Shown here: positions 28,255 to 38,259 of the stretch, piece by piece | Position numbering within the stretch: position 1 is the first letter of the stretch | Layout of the letters: each line of letters opens with the position of its first letter | Assembly (NCBI GenBank): GCA_919903025.1 | Contig: CAKKSE010000040.1 | Coordinates: forward strand, 1-52,607 | Reading direction: 5' to 3' | Source: Nitrospiria bacterium | Lineage (GTDB): Bacteria; Nitrospirota; RBG-16-64-22 | Length of the DNA stretch: 52,607 bases | The notes under the pieces: model-generated | Seen by the model: the letters and a program-made list of their open reading frames with translations, nothing else | Databases searched by the model: none | What the model was told of the DNA's origin: nothing | Program-made: the position numbers and the translations under genes

Positions 28255-29150
28255 CGCTTTCGCTCAACGATGAACCGGGCCATCGACCTGAGCGGCCCGG
28301 CCCGTCCGCCGAACCGATCGATGTCCTCGATGGCCTTCTCGACGAGCTCCTTCGCGAGTCCCCGAGACTCGACCAGGCCGAGGAGGCGCGGGTAAGTCTG
28401 CTTCTGCTTCCGGTTGTCGCCGCCGACGCTCTTTCCCATGACCGCCGGATCTCCTTCGACGTCCAGCAGATCGTCGGCGATCTGAAAGGCAAGGCCGACC
28501 TTCTCGCCGAAGCCGGAGAAGGCCTCGAAATCGGTCTCCCCCGCTCCGCCCACGATCGCGCCCGCCCGAACGGCGGCCCGGATCAGGGCCCCCGTCTTGT
28601 GCGTGTGGATGTACTCGAGGACGGCCATGTCCGCGTGGAGCCCTTCCGACGCGACGTCGACGGCCTGCCCTCCGACGAGGCCGCCGTGGCCCGCCGCCCG
28701 CCCGATCTCCTGGATCACCCGGATCCGGTCGGGAGCGCCCAAGTTCGGGTTGAGGCCGTCGTCGGCCAGCACGTGAAACGCGAGGGTGAGAAGCGCGTCC
28801 CCCGCGAGGATCGCCATGGCCTCGCCGAAAACCTTGTGGTTCGTCGGCCGGCCCCGGCGTATATCATCGTCGTCCATCGCCGGCAGATCGTCGTGGATGA
28901 GCGAGTAGGCGTGGATCAGCTCGAGGGCCGCCGCTGCCGGGAGAACGGCGTCATCGTCCCGCCCGCACGCTTCGGCCGAAGCGATCGCCAGGGCGGCCCG
29001 CACCCGCTTTCCGCCGGCCAGGGTGGAATACCGCATCGCTCGATGCAGGACGTCCGGGAACGCTCCCTCGGGGGGAAGGACACGGTCGAGCTGACGGTCG
29101 ACGCGGCGCCGGCAGGTCTCCAGATACGGGGCGAGGTCGACAGCCGTCAA
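28251..29150 (-). CDS. ispA: Farnesyl/geranylgeranyl diphosphate synthase
   Basis: GGKRVR, HDDLPAMDDDD, GQ, KT, FQIADDLLD; TTG start overlapping xseB stop. Confidence 0.95.
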   Translation of the reverse strand: MTAVDLAPYLETCRRRVDRQLDRVLPPEGAFPDVLHRAMRYSTLAGGKRVRAALAIASAEACGRDDDAVLPAAAALELIHAYSLIHDDLPAMDDDDIRRGRPTNHKVFGEAMAILAGDALLTLAFHVLADDGLNPNLGAPDRIRVIQEIGRAAGHGGLVGGQAVDVASEGLHADMAVLEYIHTHKTGALIRAAVRAGAIVGGAGETDFEAFSGFGEKVGLAFQIADDLLDVEGDPAVMGKSVGGDNRKQKQTYPRLLGLVESRGLAKELVEKAIEDIDRFGGRAGPLRSMARFIVERKR

Positions 29151-29407
29151 ATCTCCTTCTCCTCTTCGGACCCCTCTCCGCCCACCGTTTCGCCAAACGG
29201 CTGAACAGTCTTCTTCCCCGCGGCGTCGGTCGTGAGGATCTCCACCTTGCGCTCCGCTTCCTCCAGTCTCTTCGTGCACAGGCGCGCAAGTTTGACCCCC
29301 TCTTCGAAGACCTTGAGCGACTCCTCGAGGGACAGCGTTCCTCCCTCAAGCGAGTCTACGATCTGTTCGAGCCGCTTGAGCGCTTGTTCAAACTTCGGTT
29401 CGGCCAT
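29147..29407 (-). CDS. xseB: Exodeoxyribonuclease VII small subunit
   Basis: FEQALKRLEQIV..LE...LEESL..FEEG. Confidence 0.96.
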   Translation of the reverse strand: MAEPKFEQALKRLEQIVDSLEGGTLSLEESLKVFEEGVKLARLCTKRLEEAERKVEILTTDAAGKKTVQPFGETVGGEGSEEEKEI

Positions 29408-29473
29408 GCTCCGGTTCCGGGGATTCGGGATCGTTATTATACTCCGCCGCCCCAGGGATTAAAACCTTCTTAC

Positions 29474-29508
29474 TTGGGTGGCTGGGAACTTCCTATCAAC
29501 CATCAACC
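29474..29508. repeat. Short copy of TGGGTGGC/CCATCAAC repeat element
   Basis: Shares core ggaacttcc(t/c)atcaacc with the 51171-51248 element; contains xseA stop. Confidence 0.55.
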
Positions 29509-30839
29509 TTTCGGTCCACGGTGGCGTCGACGGACCCCTCCCCGAGCCGGACGCGGATCCGGTCCCCCGGGGAGAGAGCGGCGGCGGAACGGACGACCGC
29601 CATTTCGGGCAAAGCAAACGTCAGGCTGTATCCCCGGGAAAGAACGCCCAGGGGAGACAGAGCCGCGAGGCGCTCGGACAGCCGCCGGAGGGTCTGCCGG
29701 CGAACCCCCAGGCCGGTCCGCATGGCCGGCGCGAGGATTCGACGCGCCGTCTCGAGCCGTCCCCGCTGACGCGCAAGCCCGGCCTCCGGATGGCGCCGCA
29801 TGAGCCGGCGAACGACAGCCTCCAGCTCCCGCCGCCGTTCGTTCCCTCTCTCGCGCCAGGCGCCGCGGAGACGTCCGGCCAGATCGTCCACCCGCTGGGC
29901 GAACCGTTCCAGCAGGACGGTCAGATCGCCCAGATCGCGCGAAGCATGGCGCAGGCGGGACCGCTGTTCCCGGAAAACGGCGCGCGCCCCCATTGCCAGG
30001 CGCCGGGCCAGGAGGTCGATCTTCTCGTGGAGCTCGATCTTCGATCGAACGATCATGGACGCGGCCGCCGTAGGCGTGGGCGCCCGCACGTCCGAGGCGA
30101 AGTCGGCCAGCGTGAAGTCCGTCTCGTGCCCGATCCCCGTGACTACGGGGACGCGCGACCGGACGATCGCCCGGACCACTTCTTCCTCGTTGAAAGCCCA
30201 GAGGTCTTCCAGCGAGCCGCCGCCCCTCACGAGGAGGAGCACGTCCGGGGAATGGCGGTTCATCTCGTCGATCGCCCGGGAAACGGCCCGCGCGGCGGCG
30301 GGGCCCTGGACCGGCACTGGATGGATGAGGATCTGAAGGTCGGCGAAGCGGTCGCGGAGGACGCGCAGGACGTCGCGGATCGCGGCGCCAGTGGGAGACG
30401 TGATCACGCCCACCCGGATCGGAAGGAACGGGAGCGGTCTCTTCCGTCCCTCGTCGAAGAGCCCCTCGGCGGCCAGCCGCTTCTTAATCTGCTCGAACGC
30501 GAGCTGGAGCGCGCCCCGCCCGCACGGGTCCATCGTCTCGACGACGATCTGATACGTCCCCCGCGGCTCGTAGACGGTGAGCCTGCCCCGGCAGATGACC
30601 TTGAGTCCGTCGGCGGGACGGAACTTGAGGAACCCGACGGCGGCGCGGAAAAGAACGGCTGAGATCTGGGCCGACTCGTCCTTGAGCGTGAAGTAAACGT
30701 GGCCCGAGGAGGGAATCTTGAGGTTCGCGATCTCCCCCTCGACGATGACGCGCGAGAACTCGATTTCGAGCGATTCCCGCACGCGGCGGGTCAGTTCAGA
30801 TACTGTCAGCGGAGTCTCTTCTCCGATTCTCCTATTCAC
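29496..30839 (-). CDS. xseA: Exodeoxyribonuclease VII large subunit
   Basis: SGHVYFTLKD, RGGGSLEDLWAFN, GIGHETD, PTPTAAA. Confidence 0.97.
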   Translation of the reverse strand: MNRRIGEETPLTVSELTRRVRESLEIEFSRVIVEGEIANLKIPSSGHVYFTLKDESAQISAVLFRAAVGFLKFRPADGLKVICRGRLTVYEPRGTYQIVVETMDPCGRGALQLAFEQIKKRLAAEGLFDEGRKRPLPFLPIRVGVITSPTGAAIRDVLRVLRDRFADLQILIHPVPVQGPAAARAVSRAIDEMNRHSPDVLLLVRGGGSLEDLWAFNEEEVVRAIVRSRVPVVTGIGHETDFTLADFASDVRAPTPTAAASMIVRSKIELHEKIDLLARRLAMGARAVFREQRSRLRHASRDLGDLTVLLERFAQRVDDLAGRLRGAWRERGNERRRELEAVVRRLMRRHPEAGLARQRGRLETARRILAPAMRTGLGVRRQTLRRLSERLAALSPLGVLSRGYSLTFALPEMAVVRSAAALSPGDRIRVRLGEGSVDATVDRKVDG

Positions 30840-30857
30840 CTATTCACCTATTCACCG
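30823..30857. repeat. Octamer repeat (CCTATTCA)n overlapping xseA start
   Basis: ccgattct cctattca cctattca cctattca ccg. Confidence 0.75.
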
Positions 30858-30861
30858 GCTT

Positions 30862-31650
30862 CTATGGATGGTCGCTGTGAACCTGGATCCGCGTAATGGA
30901 GCGCGCGAGGCCGGATCCTTCGTCGACGTCGAGCAGGACCGCCGCCAGCTGGGTGGGACCCGTCGCGGGATCGAACTTCTGCGGCATCTGTTTGAGAAAA
31001 CGGTTGATCGCCTGCTCCGGCTTGACGCCGATCACGGAATGTGTCGGTCCCGTCATTCCGACGTCCGTGATGAAGGCCGTCCCTTTCGGAAGAATTCTCT
31101 CGTCGGCCGTCTGGACGTGCGTATGCGTCCCGACGACGGCCGCCACATCCCCGTCCAGGTACCACCCCATGGCGTTCTTCTCGGAGGTCGCCTCCGCGTG
31201 CATGTCGATGATGACGACGCGAGCCTCCCTCTTCAGGCGGGCGACCTCCGTCTTGGCCGCGCGGAAGGGGCAGTCGATGGCCGGCATGAAGGCCCGCCCC
31301 TGCAGGTTGAGGACGCCCACCGTCTCCCCCGACCGGGACTCCACGACGGCGCTCCCGCGGCCGGGAACGTCCGGCGGATAGTTCGCCGGCCGGAGGACCC
31401 GGCTCTGAACGTCCAGATAGTCGAGCGCCTCTTTCTTGTCCCAGATATGGTTTCCGGACGTGAGGAGGTGGATCCCCGTCTCGAAGAGGGACTCGGCCAC
31501 CTTCGGCGTGATTCCGAAGCCGCCCGCCGCGTTCTCGCAGTTGCCGATGACGAGGTCCACGTCGTGACGCTCGGTCAGCCCTTTCAGATGATGGACCACC
31601 GCCGCCCGGCCCGGCTCCCCCACGATGTCGCCGATGAAGAGAATTCGCAT
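30862..31650 (-). CDS. ymdB: YmdB/TIGR00282 metallophosphoesterase
   Basis: GDIVG, NCEN, SGNH, HAEATSEK, GTHTH, DVGMTG; follows rny. Confidence 0.93.
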   Translation of the reverse strand: MRILFIGDIVGEPGRAAVVHHLKGLTERHDVDLVIGNCENAAGGFGITPKVAESLFETGIHLLTSGNHIWDKKEALDYLDVQSRVLRPANYPPDVPGRGSAVVESRSGETVGVLNLQGRAFMPAIDCPFRAAKTEVARLKREARVVIIDMHAEATSEKNAMGWYLDGDVAAVVGTHTHVQTADERILPKGTAFITDVGMTGPTHSVIGVKPEQAINRFLKQMPQKFDPATGPTQLAAVLLDVDEGSGLARSITRIQVHSDHP

Positions 31651-31657
31651 CCGCCGG

Positions 31658-33226
31658 CTACCGCGCGTACTCGACGTGCCGCATCTCGCGGATCACTGTC
31701 ACCTTGATCTGGCCCGGATAACTCATCTCCTTCTCGATCTTCTTCGCGATGTCTCGGGAGATCTGCGCGGAGAAGATGTCGGAGACCTCATCCGGCCTGA
31801 CGATGATCCGGATCTCCCGGCCGGCCTGGATGGCGTAGGCCTTCTCGACGCCCTTGAACGACTGGGCCACCTCTTCGAGCTTCTCCAGCCGCTTCACATA
31901 AGTCTCCAGGATGTCTCGCCGCGCCCCCGGACGCGCCGCCGAGATGGCGTCGGCCGCCGAGACAAGGACCGCCTCCACGCAGCGGGCTTCTTCCCCCTCG
32001 TGGTGCGCGCCGATACAGTTGATGACGGCATCGGACTCGCCGTACTTCCTGGCCACCTCGGCGCCGATGGCGTCGTGTCCCCCCTCCACCTCGTGGGAGA
32101 TCGACTTGCCCAGGTCGTGCAGGAGCCCGACCCGGCGGGCGAGTTTCTCGTTCGCTCCCAGCTCGGCGGCCATCATCCCGCAGAGATAGGCGACCTGCTT
32201 CGAGTGGTCGAGCACGTTCTGGCCGTAGGAGGTGCGGTACTTGAGCCGCCCCAGGATCTTGATGACCTCCGGGTGCAGGTCGTGAATCCCGAGGTCGAAG
32301 GCGGCCTTCTCCCCCTCCTCGCGGATCGTCTGGTCGACCTCGCGCCGGACCTTCTCCACCACTTCCTCGATCCGGGCCGGGTGGATCCGCCCGTCGGCCA
32401 CAAGACGGCCGAGCGAGACCCGGGCGATCTCGCGCCGGACCGGGTCGAAGCAGGAGATGAGGACGGCCTCGGGCGTGTCGTCGATCACAAGATCGACGCC
32501 CGCCGCGGTCTCGAACGCGCGGATGTTTCTCCCCTCGCGCCCGATGATCCGCCCCTTCATCTCGTCGGACGGGAGGCTCACCGCCGAGACCGAAATCTCG
32601 GCCGCGTGCTCGCCGGCGACCCGCTCGAGCACGATCGTCACGATGTGGCGGGCCTTCTTCTCGGCTGTCTCGCGGGCCTCATCCTCGATCCGCTTGACGA
32701 GGAGCGCGGCGTCGTGGCGCGCCTCCTCCTCGAGGGAGGCGATCAGGTGCCGCTTGGCCTCCTCGGCCGTCATGCCCGCCGTCTCCTCCAGGCGCCCGCG
32801 GGCCTCGGCGAGAAGCTTCTCGGCCATCCGGTCCTGTTCCCGGACGTGGGCTTCGAGCCCGGTGACCGCCTGCTCGCGCCGCGCTAGCTCGCTTTCCTTC
32901 TGCTCCATCTGCGTCGAGCGCCGTTCGAGGTGCTCTTCCTTCGCTCCGAGACGCTTCTCGGCGTTCGCGATCTCCGCCCGCTGGGCCTTCATCTCCGACT
33001 CGAAGTCGGCGCGCCCCCGCAGAAGCGTGTCCTTGGCCTCGAGCTCGGCCTCCTTGCGCCGAGCGTCGGCGTCGCGCTGGGCCGATTGCAGAATCCGTTC
33101 GGCCGACTCCCGGGCCTCCTTGACCGCCTGCGTCCCGGCGGCCCCCCGCAGCAGGAATCCGGCAACCAAGCCGGCGGCTAGGCCGCCGACCAACAGACCG
33201 ATGGTGATGAGCATGCTCGTTTCCAT
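31658..33226 (-). CDS. rny: Ribonuclease Y
   Basis: N-terminal TM, coiled coil, KH (MKGRIIGREGRNIR), HD (LLHDLGK). Confidence 0.98.
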   Translation of the reverse strand: METSMLITIGLLVGGLAAGLVAGFLLRGAAGTQAVKEARESAERILQSAQRDADARRKEAELEAKDTLLRGRADFESEMKAQRAEIANAEKRLGAKEEHLERRSTQMEQKESELARREQAVTGLEAHVREQDRMAEKLLAEARGRLEETAGMTAEEAKRHLIASLEEEARHDAALLVKRIEDEARETAEKKARHIVTIVLERVAGEHAAEISVSAVSLPSDEMKGRIIGREGRNIRAFETAAGVDLVIDDTPEAVLISCFDPVRREIARVSLGRLVADGRIHPARIEEVVEKVRREVDQTIREEGEKAAFDLGIHDLHPEVIKILGRLKYRTSYGQNVLDHSKQVAYLCGMMAAELGANEKLARRVGLLHDLGKSISHEVEGGHDAIGAEVARKYGESDAVINCIGAHHEGEEARCVEAVLVSAADAISAARPGARRDILETYVKRLEKLEEVAQSFKGVEKAYAIQAGREIRIIVRPDEVSDIFSAQISRDIAKKIEKEMSYPGQIKVTVIREMRHVEYAR

Positions 33227-34696
33227 TCAACCCTCCTCGCCGCCCGGATCCCGCGGGGGCTCGCCCCGAACGATCCGGCGGAGGTGCTTGAGACGTTTCC
33301 CGATCTCCTCTTCCTCTCCCTGGTCCGACGGAAAGTAGTAGAACCGGCTCTCCGGCAGGTAGTCCTGCCGGGCCGCGTGGCCGGGCGCGTCGTGGGGATA
33401 GATGTACCCCTTTCCGGCGCCGAGGCGCGCCGCGCTTCGGTAGCTCGCGTCCCGGAGATGAGGCGGCACCGCCAGCACCCGGCCCGACTCGATCTCCGAG
33501 AGCGCGGCGTCGATCGCCAGATAGGCCGCGTTGCTCTTGGGCGCGCACGCGATGTACACGGCCGCCTGCGCCAGCGGGATCCGGCCCTCCGGCATCCCGA
33601 TCTCCCTCACGGCGTGAAACGCCGCGACCGCCACCTGGAGCGCCCGCGGATCGGCGTTCCCCACGTCCTCCGCCGCCGAGATCACGAGGCGGCGGGCGAC
33701 AAAGAGCGGGTCCTCGCCCCCCACAATCATCTTCGCCATCCAGTAGATCGCGGCGTCGGGATCGGACCCGCGCAGGCTCTTGATGAACGCGGACGCGGTG
33801 TCGTAGTGCGGATCTCCCGAATCGTAGACCAGCGCCTTCTTCTGGAAAATCTCCTCCAAGACGGCCCGGTCGATGACGAGCGTCCCTTCCGAATCGGGCG
33901 AAGCGACGGCCGTCGCCATCTCCAGGGCGTTGAGCGCCCGCCGCGCGTCCCCGCCGGAGGAGCGCACGACGAATCCGCGGGCCTCCGGCGTCAGGCGCAC
34001 CGGGATCGACCCCAGGCCGCGTTCGCGGTCCGCGAGGGCGCGGTCCACGATCGTCTCGATCTCCTCGTCCCCCAGCGGCCTAAGCTCGTAGATGAGAGAC
34101 CGGGAGGCGAGGGCCGGGATGACGGCGAAGAACGGGTTCTGCGTGGAAGCGCCGATCAGGATCACCGTTCCGCGCTCCACGTCCGGAAGGAGCGCGTCCT
34201 GCTGTGCCCTGTTGAACCGGTGGATCTCGTCGATAAAGAGGATCGTCCTCCGGCCGCCCGTCCGCCATCTGAGACTCGCGTCCCGGATCGCGGCGCGCAG
34301 ATCGGCGACGCCCGACGTGACGGCGTTCAGCGGAACGAAGGCCGCCCCCACGGCGCTCGCGATCACGCCCGCCAGAGCCGTCTTCCCCGACCCCGGCGGC
34401 CCGTAGAAGATGAGCGAAGAGAACCGCTCCGTCTCGACGGCGCGGCGAAGGAGCGCGGCCGGACCGATCAGATGCTCCTGGCCGACGAACTCTTCGAACG
34501 AGCGAGGACGCATCCGCCACGCCAGGGGCGCGGGCGGAGCGTTTTCCGGTTCGGCAAGATCTTCCGGCTTGTTCAGAAGGGGCGATTCGGCGGGTTCCGC
34601 CTCGGAGGATGGAGCGAAAAGATCACCCGTCGCCTCCGCTTGCGGCCGATGAACCGCCCGTTTCTCCTCCGAACGACGGCGTGGAACGGCCGTCAT
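33227..34696 (-). CDS. rarA: Replication-associated recombination protein A (MgsA) AAA+ ATPase
   Basis: MRP, GPPGSGKT, DEIHRFN, GDAR, SAFIKSLRGSD, EDVGNADP. Confidence 0.96.
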   Translation of the reverse strand: MTAVPRRRSEEKRAVHRPQAEATGDLFAPSSEAEPAESPLLNKPEDLAEPENAPPAPLAWRMRPRSFEEFVGQEHLIGPAALLRRAVETERFSSLIFYGPPGSGKTALAGVIASAVGAAFVPLNAVTSGVADLRAAIRDASLRWRTGGRRTILFIDEIHRFNRAQQDALLPDVERGTVILIGASTQNPFFAVIPALASRSLIYELRPLGDEEIETIVDRALADRERGLGSIPVRLTPEARGFVVRSSGGDARRALNALEMATAVASPDSEGTLVIDRAVLEEIFQKKALVYDSGDPHYDTASAFIKSLRGSDPDAAIYWMAKMIVGGEDPLFVARRLVISAAEDVGNADPRALQVAVAAFHAVREIGMPEGRIPLAQAAVYIACAPKSNAAYLAIDAALSEIESGRVLAVPPHLRDASYRSAARLGAGKGYIYPHDAPGHAARQDYLPESRFYYFPSDQGEEEEIGKRLKHLRRIVRGEPPRDPGGEEG

Positions 34697-35052
34697 GAGA
34701 GACCTCCTCGCATCTTTGACATAGGGCGGAGGAAAGCGGCGAAGGAAAGGAGAAGACCGCGGAACGTCGGATCAGGGAATGACGGACGAGCTCACCGCCC
34801 AAGCGAGGAGACGCACCGGTGCAAATCGCCCGGACTCGGGGCCGCCGGGAACCGAGGCCCCCGCATCTCCCCGCCCGGCATCGTCCGGCACAACGTCCCA
34901 AAGAAATCAAAGGCGGCAGCGCCCATCTGTTCCATCTCCCTCGATCGACTCATTCTCCGCGTACTTCTCTCGCGTCTTCGTCCGAATCTCCGGTCACGAC
35001 AGGCCGCATCGTTCCGCGGCCTCATCCTCGTTCCGCGCCACGTCCGGGAACC

Positions 35053-35246
35053 GGGACCCCCGCCTCGGTCGTGTCGACGGAAAATTGAGCCTGGCATTGA
35101 CCAGGTGGGCGCCGTGATAAGAGGATCAGGCTTTCCATCCCGCCCGAGGCGGGACGGACGTGCACACACCCCTTAGGTCACCGCTCCCCTTGCTTGACGC
35201 ACTAGGATCAATTTTTTCAGCCGATCACGCGCCAGGCAGGGGACCC
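35053..35246 (-). ncRNA. ssrS: 6S RNA
   Basis: Canonical position downstream of zapA; terminal stem CCCCTGCC..GGCGGGGG; conserved GGCGCCCACCTG; ~190 nt rod. Confidence 0.85.
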
Positions 35247-35270
35247 CGTTCCCGGCGCAGTTGTCGATCT

Positions 35271-35312
35271 CCAATTTACAATTTGAAATTTTCAATTTTC
35301 AATTTACAATTT
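35271..35312. repeat. AT-rich heptamer repeat (NCAATTT)x6
   Basis: ccaattt acaattt gaaattt tcaattt tcaattt acaattt between zapA and 6S. Confidence 0.8.
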
Positions 35313-35325
35313 TGTATCTTCCGTT

Positions 35326-35604
35326 CTACGAGCCGTCGAGGAGCGCGGCGATCTCCGCCGCTTTCCGCTCGCTCCAGCGGTCTTTCTCCTCCGCCGCCTT
35401 CCTCGCTTGGAACAACTCATCCGCGATGTTGAACGCCGCGAGGACAGCGACACGGACCGGGCTGCCACCGCCCCCCCCGTCGTTCACTTCCCTCATCTTG
35501 CCGTCGACGTACCGGGCCACGTCCTTGACGTAGGCGTCGTCGGCCTCGCCCTTCACCCGGTAGGTCTGGCCCAGAATGCTGACATCGACCGCTTTCGGAC
35601 TCAT
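35326..35604 (-). CDS. zapA: Cell division protein ZapA
   Basis: VSILGQTY, VARYVDGKM, AVLAAFNIADEL. Confidence 0.93.
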   Translation of the reverse strand: MSPKAVDVSILGQTYRVKGEADDAYVKDVARYVDGKMREVNDGGGGGSPVRVAVLAAFNIADELFQARKAAEEKDRWSERKAAEIAALLDGS

Positions 35605-35883
35605 CTACTCCTGCTCCACGCTCTCAAGGTCGCGAAGGAGGTTTTCGATCTTGTCCCGCATCTCCAATCTCTCGGACTCGAAGCGGCCCGCTTCCTCGCG
35701 GCCGCGGCGGAGCATGATCAACTCGTGCTCAAGGCGGTTGATCTCGTCGCTCCGCTGGGTAACCTCCCGCTCCAGCATCCGGACCACCGATTCCAGGTGG
35801 GTTTTTTCCGATCGTGCCTTCTTGTGGGCGCCCATCAGGCGATTGATCTGGTCCTCCAGAGATTGCCGATGAGCGTCGATCAT
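35605..35883 (-). CDS. ZapB-like coiled-coil protein
   Basis: Heptad coiled coil ending MRDKIENLL, directly upstream of zapA. Confidence 0.75.
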   Translation of the reverse strand: MIDAHRQSLEDQINRLMGAHKKARSEKTHLESVVRMLEREVTQRSDEINRLEHELIMLRRGREEAGRFESERLEMRDKIENLLRDLESVEQE

Positions 35884-35952
35884 CGAGTCTCCATTTCCAC
35901 CATCAAGCGGCAAGGGCATCTGCGCGGTCATCGGAAACCTTCTTGTGCTGGT

Positions 35953-35981
35953 ATCTTATCCAGGCTCCCCTTGCGTGTCAA
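35953..35981 (-). promoter_or_regulatory. sigma70 promoter TTGACA-N17-TAAGAT for zapB-zapA-6S
   Basis: Consensus hexamers with 17-bp spacing. Confidence 0.65.
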
Positions 35982-36069
35982 GAAGAGCAACCGGTGAAGA
36001 ACGGGATCAGGGATTGCGATTCCGCCGGACGGATGAATCATCCTCCCCATAACCCTTGCCCCCTGATCC

Positions 36070-38259
36070 CTAATCCACGATACGTCGTATCGGCCGAAAC
36101 GCCGTCGCCGAGAACATGTTCCCCGGCTGCCTTCCGTCCGCGTACGTCGATTGATACCAGGCGTACGACGTCAGGACGCGCTTCACGTATTCGCGCGTCT
36201 CGCGGTACGGAATTCTCTCGACGAACTCGTCGCGCTCCACGGTCCCGAATCGCCGGACCCATCGATCCACGGCGCCCGGTCCAGCGTTGTAGCCCGCGAG
36301 AGAAAGAACGACGTCGCCCGCGTACCGCTGTCTCAGCCTCGCGAGGTACCATGTCCCCAGATCGAGGTTCCTTTCGGGCCGCCGCAAGGACCCCGATACA
36401 TCGGGGCGCTGCTTCATGATCTGGCGCCCGGTTTGCGGCATGATCTGCATGAGGCCCAGCGCCCCGGCCCGCGATACGGCCTCGGGATCGAACCGGGACT
36501 CTTCCCGAACGACGGCCAGAACGAGGTAGGGGTCGATCTCTTCCCGATCCGCGAACCGCTTAAGGTCCTCCCAATAGGCTCTCGGAAAGAACTGCCGCCG
36601 GGCGGACTCCGGAAGGGAGCCGGGGTCGTTCCGCCCTTCGAACGCGAGCACAGCCGATCGGAAGTCTCCGGCTTCGATGAGAAGATCGTTCACCGCCACC
36701 ACGCACCGGATCTCGCCGCCGCATCCCCGGTTCGCGCGGGCCAGCTCGCGCCGGGCTGCGCCCTGAAGTCCCAGCTTCAGAAGGATCTGCGCCCGGCGGA
36801 TGGAATCGTTCCCGCGAAGCCTCTCGGGGATCTGCGCGTTCGCCCGGTCCTCGCCCGACCCGGCATCCCGGACCGGCGTCGTTCGCCCCCGCTCGGCCGG
36901 AATCGGGTCAGTCGAGATCCGGCGCTTCATGCGCTCTTCGGCCAGAAACCCGTAATACGACGGACCCATCCGCACGACGCGGCGATAGTCGCCCTGCGCC
37001 CCGTCGATGTCTCCCCGACGCTCCGCCGCCCGGCCGCTCCAGTAAGCGGCCCGCGGAGCCAGCGCGGATCGGGGAAACTCCGCCGTGAGCTTCTTCCAGG
37101 CGCGGCGGGAGGCGTCCATCGCCCCCGCCTCATACTCCGCCCATCCCCAGAACCAGAGCGCTTCCTCGATCATTTCGTCCTCGGGAAACTCCTCGGTCGC
37201 GCGGCGGAACGAGGACTTGGCTGTCTCCCGGTTCCCTTCGTCCAGGTGGAGCTTCCCGCGAAGGATCAGCGCCCGTCCGTACCAGACCGTTTCCTTCTCC
37301 TCGTCGGCGAACGCGGCCAGAACCCGGTCGACCTTGTCGAGCCGGTCGAGCCTCCCATATGCGCGCATCACCCACCAGCGCCCTTCGGCCCGTGCCTCCG
37401 GCGTTGCGGCGCGCTTCACCCACCGATCGAACAGGCCAGCCGCCTCAGAGTACCTTCCTCGGGCGAATTGCGCCCTGGCCGCGAATCTCAGCGCCGTGTC
37501 GGACGGGATATCCTTGAGCAGGGAAAGAAACTCCTCCGCGGCCGCCGGATATCGCTTCTGGTCGAACAGCCGGCGCGCCCGCGCCAGCCGGTCCGATCCT
37601 CCCAAGGCCGGATCGATTCCCGAGGCCGACAGATTGCGGACGAGGATTTCGGCCTCACGCTCCTCGGGCGAGAGCGGGAACATCACGCGTATCTTCCTCG
37701 CGCGCTCGCCAGCGACGGCGAACTGGCCGCTCTCCGCGGCGATCCGGGCGGAGGAAAGGAGCGCCTTCGCGGCGTGTGGATGATTGGGGTGGCGGTCCAA
37801 GAAGGCGTCGTAGGCGTCCCTCGCGTCCCGCGGCCGGCCCGCCCGCGCCAGCGATTCGGCGGCACGGTATCGCGCGTCGGCCGAGAGGATTCCGTCCGGA
37901 CGAGCCTGGACAGCCCGGCCGAACGCATCCGCCGCCGCTGGCCATGCTTCTCTCTTGGCCGCGCTCTCGCCGATCCAGAAGAAGGCGTAGTCGGCCATCA
38001 GGGGAAGGTCGTCCGCCGCCTCGCGGAAGAGCCTCTCCGCCTCTTCCCAGCGGAGTGCCTCGAGCAACTGCCTCCCAAGAAGGAGACGCGCCGTTCCGCG
38101 TTCCTCCGGCGAGAGCGTCCGTCCGGAGCCCTCTACCGGAAGATGGGAGGTTCCCGCTTGCCCGGCCGAACCAGCGAACAGGAGAAGGAACGCCCCCAGG
38201 CCGAATGCCGCCCCGACGAGTCCGCCGAAAGCGGACCGCCGGGAGGACCTACCGGACAT
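36070..38259 (-). CDS. Slt70-like lytic murein transglycosylase with TPR repeats
   Basis: REESRF, GALGLMQIMP, AGYNAGPG, ETREYV; helical-repeat N-terminus. Confidence 0.93.
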   Translation of the reverse strand: MSGRSSRRSAFGGLVGAAFGLGAFLLLFAGSAGQAGTSHLPVEGSGRTLSPEERGTARLLLGRQLLEALRWEEAERLFREAADDLPLMADYAFFWIGESAAKREAWPAAADAFGRAVQARPDGILSADARYRAAESLARAGRPRDARDAYDAFLDRHPNHPHAAKALLSSARIAAESGQFAVAGERARKIRVMFPLSPEEREAEILVRNLSASGIDPALGGSDRLARARRLFDQKRYPAAAEEFLSLLKDIPSDTALRFAARAQFARGRYSEAAGLFDRWVKRAATPEARAEGRWWVMRAYGRLDRLDKVDRVLAAFADEEKETVWYGRALILRGKLHLDEGNRETAKSSFRRATEEFPEDEMIEEALWFWGWAEYEAGAMDASRRAWKKLTAEFPRSALAPRAAYWSGRAAERRGDIDGAQGDYRRVVRMGPSYYGFLAEERMKRRISTDPIPAERGRTTPVRDAGSGEDRANAQIPERLRGNDSIRRAQILLKLGLQGAARRELARANRGCGGEIRCVVAVNDLLIEAGDFRSAVLAFEGRNDPGSLPESARRQFFPRAYWEDLKRFADREEIDPYLVLAVVREESRFDPEAVSRAGALGLMQIMPQTGRQIMKQRPDVSGSLRRPERNLDLGTWYLARLRQRYAGDVVLSLAGYNAGPGAVDRWVRRFGTVERDEFVERIPYRETREYVKRVLTSYAWYQSTYADGRQPGNMFSATAFRPIRRIVD

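Noticed and set aside
28112-28492. ORF spanning the dxs-ispA gap (CHSGLD...DSRFRGND)
   Set aside because: Translation artefact of the REP/MITE palindrome.
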